NCBI GenBank assembly: GCA_963832165.1
Contig: CAWHTE010000005.1
Coordinates: forward strand, 1 to 64,000
Reading direction: 5' to 3'
DNA from: an uncultured delta proteobacterium
GTDB lineage: Bacteria; Myxococcota_A; UBA9160; SMWR01
Length of the DNA: 64,000 bases
In this document: one piece after another, positions 21,021 to 29,806 of the stretch
Numbering within the stretch: position 1 is the stretch's first letter
Layout of the letters: each line of letters starts with the position of its first letter
The notes under the pieces: generated by a model
What the model was told of the DNA's origin: nothing
Databases searched by the model: none
What the model saw: only the letters and a program-made list of their open reading frames with translations
Program-made: the position numbers and the translations under genes

Positions 21021-21231
21021 TCCAAGGTCCTCCTGGGAGCGCGCCGCCGGGGCAGCTCCCGACACGGCGCTAGGCGCTCACAGTGCGATTTCGGCCGCCG
21101 GCTCGGCGGCCATCCAACGCGCGTTGATTGCACCCCCGGCAAAGATCGTTCATGAACACGGGCGGTGCATATCGATGGCGGTTCCTGTTGGATGTTTCCC
21201 GGTGCGCTCGGCTCGTTGCCGTCGCACCGTC

Positions 21232-21307
21232 TGGTAGGCACGGGCGGGATTGAACCGCCGACCCCCACCGTGTCAAGGTGGTGCTCTAGCCACTGAGCTA
21301 CGTGCCT
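21232..21307 (-). tRNA. tRNA-Val (GAC)
   Basis: AGGCACG...CGTGCCT-A-CCA; anticodon arm CCACC-TTGACAC-GGTGG; 76 nt. Confidence 0.97.
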
Positions 21308-21329
21308 GGTCCGGGCTAAGGACGCGAAA

Positions 21330-21358
21330 GCGATACCGATTTCGCTACTCCATGTCAA
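21330..21358 (-). promoter_or_regulatory. Probable sigma70 promoter for tRNA-Val/infC
   Basis: TTGACA-17 nt-TATCGC just upstream of the tRNA. Confidence 0.6.
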
Positions 21359-22127
21359 TCGGGACCGGCTTCTCGGCCGTCGGTGGGGGTGCAGGCGGCT
21401 GCCATTGCACGCGGACCGTCGCGCGGCCCGCATCCTGCTCGACCCGGACGATGGAGAGCCCCTCCGGGGCCCGCTGGCTCAAGCCGTCGACGAGCGCCGC
21501 GGCGTCGCGGTCGGAATCGACCGCCAGCACGGCGCGGCCCGGCGTGAACTCGACGGGCAGGACCGAGCGCACCCCGCGGTCCTTGGCGAGGGTCTCGCGC
21601 ACGAGCGCGAGCGGCTTGTAGCTCGTGAGTCCCTCGACCACGAGCAGGATCTTCTGCGTCGGCCCGCGCGCGCTGCGCTCGACGAGCCCGAGCTTCTCCA
21701 TCTGCGCGCGGATCGCGTCGGCGTTGAGACTCACCTCGGCCAGCACCACGTACTCGTACTCGACCGAGCGATCCGCGCTGAACATCGCGGGGCGCCGGCC
21801 GCGGTCCTCGACGATCCGGAAGCGCGTGACGTAGACGAACGGATCGTCGCCGAGCTTCTCGGCGAGCCATGCGTTCGGCTCTCGCTCGGGCTGGTCGGGC
21901 GCAGGCGCGGGCGCCACGAAGGTCGCGGGCAGCATCGCCATGGCCGCCTCCGTGACCGCATTGCGCACGGCCGCGCGCAGCGCGCTGTCGCGCGGCGCGG
22001 CGTCCTGCTTCGTGATCGGTGCGACCCCGACCGCCTGACTCTTCTGCTCCTGTGCGGCGGGTGCCGCGGCTGCGAGCGCGGTCGCCGCGAACACCGCGAG
22101 CGCGACGCAAGTGCACCACCGCCTCAT
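21345..22127 (-). CDS. Exported hypothetical protein (FlgT-N/DUF2066-like appearance), coupled to dnaE
   Basis: ATGA overlap with the dnaE stop; signal peptide; ALRAAVRNAV helix and LVVEGLTSY C-terminal alpha/beta domain. Confidence 0.65.
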   Translation of the reverse strand: MRRWCTCVALAVFAATALAAAAPAAQEQKSQAVGVAPITKQDAAPRDSALRAAVRNAVTEAAMAMLPATFVAPAPAPDQPEREPNAWLAEKLGDDPFVYVTRFRIVEDRGRRPAMFSADRSVEYEYVVLAEVSLNADAIRAQMEKLGLVERSARGPTQKILLVVEGLTSYKPLALVRETLAKDRGVRSVLPVEFTPGRAVLAVDSDRDAAALVDGLSQRAPEGLSIVRVEQDAGRATVRVQWQPPAPPPTAEKPVPIDME

Positions 22128-25100
22128 ACCCGCACCTCCGTCACAGCGCGCCCGAACAGCGCGTCGAGATCGCGCTTGAGCGTCTCGTCGGGTCGCACGC
22201 CGCGCAGCGAGGAGATCGCGAGCACCGTCTCGCTCTGGTCTGGAATCACGAGGTGGATGCGCACCGCGCACTCGCCGGGGCTCTTCGCGAGCCGCGCGCG
22301 CAGCGCGGTGAGCCGATCCGCGGTGGCTTCCTCCGCGCCGATCCGCACCGTGAGCTCGCGCGCGAGCTTCTCCTCGGCGCGCTCGAGCTCGTACACCTCG
22401 CGCACGAGGATCTTCGGCGGGTCGCCGCCCTCGAGCGTGCCGATCACGAGCACGGGCGTCGGGCCGTTTCCGCCCTCGGCCTGGTGCGCCTGCTTGAGCA
22501 GGCCGCCGTACTGCGCGTACGGCTCCGCGAACACGACCATGTCGAAGCGCCCCTCGAGGTCTTCGAGCGCGCCGAACGCCATGAGCGAGCCGCGCCGCGT
22601 GCGCGTCTCGCGCAATGCCGTGACGAGGCCGCCCGCGCGCACCTCGCGCCCGTCCCGGCCTTCGGTCGACCCCGCGCGCGTGTCGGCGAAGCGCGCGAGC
22701 TGGGTCGAGACGGCCAGGAGCGGATGGCCGGACACGTAGAAGCCGAGCACCTCCTTCTCGTGCTCGAGCCGCTGGCGATCGGTCCACGGCGCCGCGGTGA
22801 CCAGCGCGGGCGCGGGCGCACCGCCGCCGCTCCGTGCCGCCGAACAGATTCGCCTGGCCGATCTCGCGATCGCGCTGCGCCGCGGCGCCCGCCTCGAGCG
22901 CCACGTCGAGCGATGCCCACACCTCGGCGCGCTCCGCGTGCACCGCGTCGAACGCGCCGCACTTGACCAGGCTCTCCACCACGCGCCGGTTCACGCGCCG
23001 GCTGTCGATGCGCGACGCGAAGTCGAACAGGCTCGCGGAACGGGCCCGCGCGCGCGCGCCTCGAGGATCGCCTCGATCGCGCCGTCGCCGACGTTCTTCA
23101 CGCCCGCGAGGCCGAAGCGCACGCCCTCGCGCACCACCGTGAAGTCGCGCTCGGACTCGTTCACGGAGGGCGCGAGGATGTCGATCCCGCGCTTCTGCGC
23201 GTGCGCGATGTAGAGCGAGAGCTTGTCGTGGTTCGCCGCTTCGGTGGTGAGCAGCGCGGCCATGTACTCGCGCGGGTGGTTCGCCTTGAGATAGGCGGTC
23301 TGGTACGTGATCAGCGCGTAGGCGGTCGAGTGCGACTTCGCGAAGCCGTAGCCCGCGAACTCGGCCATGAGCGCGAACACCTGCTCTGCCTTCTTCTTGT
23401 CGATCCCGCGCTCGACCGCGCCGTGCACGAAGCGGTCCTGCTGCTTGGCCATCTCCTCGGGCTTCTTCTTGCCCATCGCGCGGCGCAACAGGTCCGCTTC
23501 GCCGAGGCTGTAGCCCGCGAGCCGGTTCGCGATCTGGAGCACCTGGTCCTGGTAGACGATCACGCCGAGCGTCTCGGCCGTGAGCTGCTCGAGCTCGGGC
23601 AGCAGGTACTCGACGCGCGTGAGCCCGTTCTTGCGGTTGATGTAGTCGTCGACCATCCCCGAGCCGAGCGGGCCGGGCCGGTACAGCGCGACGATCGGGA
23701 TCAGCTCCTTGAACGCGCGCGGCTTGAGCTTGACGGTGAGGTCGGTCATGCCGCCCGACTCCACCTGGAACACGCCCTCGGTGTCGCCGGCGCCGAGCAT
23801 CTCGTAGGTCTTCGGGTCGTCGTAGCGGGATCGTGTCGATGTCGAAGTCGGCGTCGCGCTCGCGCACGCGCACGCGCGGCGGCCGCGATCGTGGTGAGCG
23901 TGCGCAGCCCGAGGAAGTCGAACTTGATCAGCCCGATCTTCTCGACGCAGCGCATGTCGTACTGGGTCACCACGTCGCCCGACTTCGAATCGCGATAGAG
24001 CGGCACGGTCTCGATCAGCGGATCGGTGCCGATCACGACGCCGGCCGCGTGCGTGCTCGCGTGGCGCGTCAGGCCCTCGAGCTTGCGCGCGGTCTCGAAC
24101 AGCTTGCGCACCTGCCCGTCGGCATCGATCCGCGCGCGCAGCTCGGGCGACTGCTCGAGCGCCTCGTCGAGCGTGATGCCGAGCGTCTCGGGAATCAGCT
24201 TGGCGATCCGGTCGACGTCGCCGAACGGCATGCCCGAGCACGCGGCCGACGTCGCGCACCGCGGCGCGCGCCTGGAGCGTCCCGAACGTGATGATCTGCG
24301 CGACGCGCCGGCCCTCGTCGCCCGGGTCGTCGTACTTCTCGCGCGACGTAGCGGATCACCTGGTCGCGCCCGCTTCATGCAGAAGTCGACGTCGATGTCG
24401 GGCATGCAGATGCGCTCGGGGTTCAGGAATCGCTCGAAGATGATGTCGTACTCGATCGGATCGACGCCGGTAATGCCGAGCGACCACGCGCGAGGCTGCC
24501 CGCCGCGGAGCCGCGGCCCGGGCCGACCGGGATGCCGTTGCGCCGCGCGTAGCGCGATGAAGTCGGCCACGATCAGGAAGTAGCCCGCGAAGCCCATCGA
24601 CGTGGATCACGCCGAGCTCGTGCTCCATGCGCTCGACGTACTCGCCGTGCTTGGGCGGGATCGGCTCGTCGGGCGCGAGCCCGAGCCGCGCGCGCAGTCC
24701 CTCCCAGGACTGCGCCGTCGAGCACGCCCTCGCGCGTCGTGCCCGCGGGCACCTGGAACTCGGGCATCTGGTAGCGGCCCGTGTCGAGTCCGAGCTCGAG
24801 GTCGCAGCGCTCGGCGATCTCGAGCGACGATCGCCAGCGCGGACGGATGGTCGTGGAACACCTCCGCCATCTCGTCGCCGTCCTTCACGTAGAAGCCCTG
24901 GCCGTCGAACCGGAAGCGCTTCGGGATCGTCGAGATTCGTGGCCGTGCCGATGCAGAGCAGCGCGTCGTGGTGCTCGTGGTCGCACGCCTCGAGGTAGTG
25001 CGCGTCGTTGGTCGCGAGCAGCGGCAGCCGCAGGTCCGACGGCCATCTTCGCGAGCTCGGCGTTCACGCGGTCCTGGAGGTCGATGCCGTGGCGCTGCAT

Positions 25101-25670
25101 CTCGAGGTAGTAGCGGTCGCGGAAGATGTCGGCGAAGTCGCTCGCGAGCTGCCAGGCCGTGTCGAGCTGTCCGCCCGTGATCGCGCGCGAGATCATCGAC
25201 GAGAGGCAGCCCGAGGTCGCGATCAGCCCCTCGCTGTGTCCGCGCAGGAGATCGAGGTCGATCCGGGGCTTGTAGTAGAAGCCCTCGAGATATCCCTTCG
25301 AGACCAGGTGGATCAGGTTGCGGTAGCCGGTCTCGTTCTGCGCGAGCAGCAGCAGGTGGTTGATCGCGTCGAAGCCGCTCTCGTCGCGGTCGCGCTTCTC
25401 GCGATCGAAGCGCGAGCCCGACGCGACGTAGACCTCGCAGCCGATGATCGGCTTCACGCCCGCGCGCGCGCGCGGCCTCGTAGAACTCGATCGCGCCGAA
25501 CAGGTTGCCGTGATCGGTGAGCGCCGACCGCGGGCATGTTCGAGCGCCTTCGCGCGCTCGAACAGCGGATCGATCTTGATCGCGCCGTCGAGCAGCGAGT
25601 ACTGGCTGTGCAGATGCAGATGGACGAACGGCCGAGGCACCCCCGCCCCCCGTATTCGTTCGTTCGTCAT
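22124..25670 (-). CDS. dnaE: DNA polymerase III subunit alpha (more than 10 apparent indels)
   Basis: [81 protein letters not shown] found in order across frames; start codon uncertain. Confidence 0.93.
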
Positions 25671-25709
25671 GGCGGGATCCGCTCGCTTCGCTCGCTTCTC
25701 CCGCCCTAC
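25671..25709 (-). repeat. GTAG-family REP-like palindrome filling the guaA-dnaE spacer
   Basis: GTAG-GGCGGGA-(21 nt)-TCCCGCC; arms related to the other REPs. Confidence 0.55.
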
Positions 25710-27278
25710 TCCCATTCGATCGTCGCAGGCGGCTTCGAAGAGATGTCGTACACGACGCGGTTCACGCCCTTCACCTCGTTGATGATGCGCGTGCCGATCG
25801 CCTGGAGCACCTCGGTGGGCAAGCGGCGCCCAGTCGGCCGTCATCGCGTCCACGGAGGTCACGCAGCGCACCGCGATCGCGTTCTCGTAGGTGCGCTCGT
25901 CGCCCATCACGCCCACGCTCTGCACCGGGAGGAACACGGCGAAGGCTTGCCAGAGCTCGTCGTAGAGCCCCGCGCGCCGGATCTCCTCCACCACGATCGC
26001 GTCGGCGCGGCGCAGCACCGCGAGCCGTTCGCGCGTGACGTCGGTGATCACGCGGATCGCGAGCCCGGGCCCCGGGAACGGGTGGCGCCCCAGGAGCGCG
26101 TCGGGCAGGCCGAGCTTGCGCCCCACCTCGCGCACCTCGTCCTTGAACAGCTCGCGCAGCGGCTCGACGAGCGCGAGCTTCATGCGCTCGGGCAGCCCGC
26201 CCACGTTGTGGTGCGTCTTGATCGTGGCCGACGGACCGCGCACCGAGACGCTCTCGATCACGTCGGGATAGAGCGTGCCCTGCACGAGGAAGTCGACCGG
26301 CCCGCAGCCGTCGCTCGCGATCCGGCGCGCCTCCTCCTCGAACACCTCGATGAAGGTGTGACCGATGATCCGGCGCTTGCGCTCGGGGTCGCGCTCGCCC
26401 TCGAGCCGGTCGAGGAAGCGATCCTCGGCGCGCACCGTGACGAGCGGGATCGCGAGGTGCTCGCGGAACAGCGCCTCGACCTCCTCGCGCTCGCGCTCGC
26501 GCAGCAGACCGTTGTCGACGAACACGCACGTGAGCCGATCGCCGATCGCTTCGTGCACGAGCACGGCGGCCACCGACGAGTCGACGCCACCCGAGAGCCC
26601 ACACACCGCGCGGCGGTCGCCCACCTGCGCGCGGATCCGCTCCGTGGTCTCGGCGATGAACGCCTCCATCGTCCAGCTGCCCGTGCAGCCGCAGATCCGG
26701 CGCGCGAAGTTCGCGAGTATCTGGGTGCCGGCCTGGGTATGCGCGACCTCGGGGTGGAACTGCACGCCCCAGATCGGGCGCTCGGCGTGGCGCACCGCCG
26801 CGAACGGCGAGTTCTCGCTCGTGCCGAGCACCACGAAGCCCTCGGGCAGCCGCAGCACGCGATCGCCGTGGCTCATCCACACCACGCGCTCGGCTCCGCC
26901 GGGCAGGTCGGCGAACAGCGGGTCGTCGCGGTCGAGCTTGAACAGCGCGCGGCCGTACTCGCGGTCGTCGGCCTTCTCGACCACCCCGCCGAGCCGGTGC
27001 GCGAGCAGCTGGAGGCCGTAGCAGATCCCGAGCACGGGGCGGCCCAGCGCGACGATCTCGGGGTCGAGGTCGGGCGCACCCGGGTCGAGCACGCTCGACG
27101 GCCCGCCCGAGAGCACGATGCCGGCCGGGTCCCACGCCTCGATCATCGAGCGCGACAGCGTGGGCGGATGGATCTCGCAGTAGACGCGCTGCTCGCGGAT
27201 CCGCCGCGCGATCAGCTGCGTGAACTGCGAGCCGTAGTCGAGGATCAGGATGCGATCGCGCTCGGAAGGCGTCGTCAC
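25706..27278 (-). CDS. guaA: GMP synthase, glutamine-hydrolysing (frameshift near 25822)
   Basis: [53 protein letters not shown]-terminal KPPATIEWE in the shifted frame. Confidence 0.96.
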
Positions 27279-27375
27279 CTAGGTTTGAACTCGTGGTGCT
27301 GGATCGGGAGGTCGATCGGGGGATCCGCCGTTTTCCGACGGTGGGAGAGTTCGCCGCAGTCTAGTCGTTCCGGCG

Positions 27376-28029
27376 TCACACGGCACCCGCGGCGTGCAGC
27401 CGATCGCGGATCGCCTCAGCGATCCGCTCGTTGCCGCGCCCATTCGGATGGATCAGGTCGAGCATCAGGTCGCGGTCGGACAGCACTTCGGCGAACACGT
27501 CGTTCTCGAGCGGCAGCCCGTAGCGCTGCGCGAGCCGCTCGTAGAGCTCGGCGCCGCGCAGCGATACGAGGCCCAGCGGCGGCACTCCGATCAGCAGCAC
27601 CGCGATGCCGCGCTCGCGCGCGATCTCGATCATGCGCGCGAGATTCGCCTCGATGTGCGCGGGATCGATCCGCCGCAGGAAGTCGTTGCCGCCCAGCCAC
27701 AGGAGCAGCAGGCCCGGATCGACGCGGTCGAGCTCGCGCGGCAGGCGCGCGAGGCCCTGCTCCGTGGTCTCTCCGGGAACACCCGATTTCACGACCGGCC
27801 GGCCGAGCAGACGGCCGAGCTGCGCCGGGTAGCTCTGGTCGGGAGCCTCGTCGCTGCCGTACGTGAGGCTGTCGCCGAACGCGAGGATCCGCGCGTCGGG
27901 CGCGAGCGGCGCGAGCTGCGGGCCGACATCGGAGCGGCAACCGGCCGCGGCCAACACGACGAGCAGCAGCGCGGCGAGCCCGATTCGAATCGCCCGGTCG
28001 ATCGCTGAGCTCCTGAACCCCGACGCCAT
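27376..28029 (-). CDS. GDSL/SGNH hydrolase (arylesterase/TesA-like lipoprotein)
   Basis: FGDSLT, GVPGETT, LGGND, DLIHPN blocks; lipobox AAGC. Confidence 0.9.
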   Translation of the reverse strand: MASGFRSSAIDRAIRIGLAALLLVVLAAAGCRSDVGPQLAPLAPDARILAFGDSLTYGSDEAPDQSYPAQLGRLLGRPVVKSGVPGETTEQGLARLPRELDRVDPGLLLLWLGGNDFLRRIDPAHIEANLARMIEIARERGIAVLLIGVPPLGLVSLRGAELYERLAQRYGLPLENDVFAEVLSDRDLMLDLIHPNGRGNERIAEAIRDRLHAAGAV

Positions 28030-28034
28030 CGCGG

Positions 28035-28655
28035 CTAGCGCGGCCGCTCCGCGGTCAGGTAGCTCACGACGAGATCGATCAGCTCCTCGCGGAACGCGGG
28101 CTCGGACAGCTTCGCGGGCTGCTCCTCCAGCGCGCGCCGCACGATCGCGGAGGTACCGCGCGCGAGCATGAACGCGGCCTGACCCACGTCGCGCACGCGC
28201 ACGACACCCGCGTGTCGCGCGAGCAGGTCGAGCATGTGCCGCTCCACGTCCGCCATGCGCGGCCCGAGCGCGAACTCTCCGTGGTGCGTGCGGTAGAACT
28301 CCTGACCCAGCTCGAGCAGCCGCCGGTGCCGGTCGAGCTGGAAGTCGACGATCGCCACGACCGCCTCGCGCAGCGGCCCGTAGTCGATCTGCCAGCTGTC
28401 ATGCGCGCGGATCTCGGCGGCCTCGCGCCCGGTGTCGGCGTCGTAGATCGCGGCGAGCACGGCATCCTTGTTCGGGAAGTAGCGGTAGAGCGAACCGATC
28501 GAGACGCCCGCGCGCTCGGCGATCCGGTTCGTCGTGAGACTGCGCGGACCTTCGCTGCCCAGGAGCTCGCGCCCGGCCTGAACGATCGCGTCGACGATCG
28601 CACGCGAGCGCAGCTGCTTCGGAGAGCGACGGCGGTGCGGGGCGGGTGCGCTCAC
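28035..28655 (-). CDS. TetR/AcrR family regulator
   Basis: TTNRIAERAGVSIGSLYRYFPNK helix-turn-helix. Confidence 0.93.
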   Translation of the reverse strand: MSAPAPHRRRSPKQLRSRAIVDAIVQAGRELLGSEGPRSLTTNRIAERAGVSIGSLYRYFPNKDAVLAAIYDADTGREAAEIRAHDSWQIDYGPLREAVVAIVDFQLDRHRRLLELGQEFYRTHHGEFALGPRMADVERHMLDLLARHAGVVRVRDVGQAAFMLARGTSAIVRRALEEQPAKLSEPAFREELIDLVVSYLTAERPR

Positions 28656-28831
28656 CCGCCGATTCTACGCCGGCCGCGGCGCGAAAAACGTGAGCGAGCT
28701 ACATCCTCGGGCGCGCCCGCGCGGAATTCCCGCTGCAAATCGAGTAGTTGCGAAACCGGATCCGACCCGCGATCGCGAGTAGATCCGCGCGCCGATGCCG
28801 ACCACGATGGCGACCCATTCGGAGGAATCCC

Positions 28832-29806
28832 ATGCGAACGATCCAGCTCATCCTCGTCCTCGTCTTCGCGCCGGTCGCCGCGAGCGCACTCGACATCCTG
28901 CTCTCGAACGACGACGGTCAGTCCGCGCCGGGCATCCAGGCCCTGCGCACGGCGCTGTGCGCCGCGGGTCACCACGTGACGCTCGTGGCACCGGCCACCG
29001 ACCAGAGCGGCCGCGGCGGCTCGATCAACACCGGCGCGCTGAGCTCCTCGAGCGCAATGGCACTCACGCGCGTGAGCACCGACGCGTGCGGCACGCAGTA
29101 TTCGCTCGCGGCTCCCACCGTGGCCGGCCGCTACGGCGGAACGCCCGTCGACAGCGTCAAGGCCGGGCTGTTCGTGGTGCTCGCGGGAAATCCGCCGGAT
29201 CTGATCGTGTCGGGCCTCAACCAGGGCCAGAACATGAGCCAGCCCACCTCGAATACGTCGGGCACGGTCGGTGCGGCGCTCGCGGGCGCGTTCGAAGGCA
29301 TCCCGGCGATCGCGGGCAGCGTCGGAGTGATCTTCTCGGAGAACCCGACCTTCGGATCGACCAACTCGGCCTACGCGCCGGCCTCGGCGTTCATCGCGAA
29401 CCTGATCGCGACGCTCGAGGCACAGCCGGGCAGTGCGCTGCTGCCCAAGCAGGTGAAGGCCTTGAATGTGAACTTCCCGGTCCCCTACCCGGCCATCACG
29501 GGCGTGGCGATCACGAAGCTCGCGGCGCGCTCCGATCTCGAGCTGCCGCTCTTCGACCGCAACCTCGGCTTCGCTCCGGTGCCGGGCAATCCGGCGCTGC
29601 CGAACTGCACCGCGATCGCGGATGGGCAGGCCTGCTCCGTGGGCGTGGGCGTGCTGTTCCCGGCCGGCCCGGACGAGGTGAAGAACGCCGACACCGACGC
29701 GCACCGCGCCGGCAAGATCTCGATCTCGCCGCTCGACGGCGACATGACCACCGGCGGCCCCGGCTTCACGGCGATCCAGTCGCTGCTGGGCGGCCTTACG
29801 CCCTAG
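28832..29806 (+). CDS. surE: SurE-family 5'/3'-nucleotidase with signal peptide
   Basis: GGAGG RBS; ILLSNDDG, VAPATDQSG, GTPVD, VSGLNQGQN, SGTVGAA; N-terminal signal ending ASA. Confidence 0.88.
   Translation: MRTIQLILVLVFAPVAASALDILLSNDDGQSAPGIQALRTALCAAGHHVTLVAPATDQSGRGGSINTGALSSSSAMALTRVSTDACGTQYSLAAPTVAGRYGGTPVDSVKAGLFVVLAGNPPDLIVSGLNQGQNMSQPTSNTSGTVGAALAGAFEGIPAIAGSVGVIFSENPTFGSTNSAYAPASAFIANLIATLEAQPGSALLPKQVKALNVNFPVPYPAITGVAITKLAARSDLELPLFDRNLGFAPVPGNPALPNCTAIADGQACSVGVGVLFPAGPDEVKNADTDAHRAGKISISPLDGDMTTGGPGFTAIQSLLGGLTP

Noticed and set aside
28668..28790. TetR operator between tetR and surE
   Set aside because: Only a weak imperfect palindrome (GCAAAT...AGTTGC); not supportable
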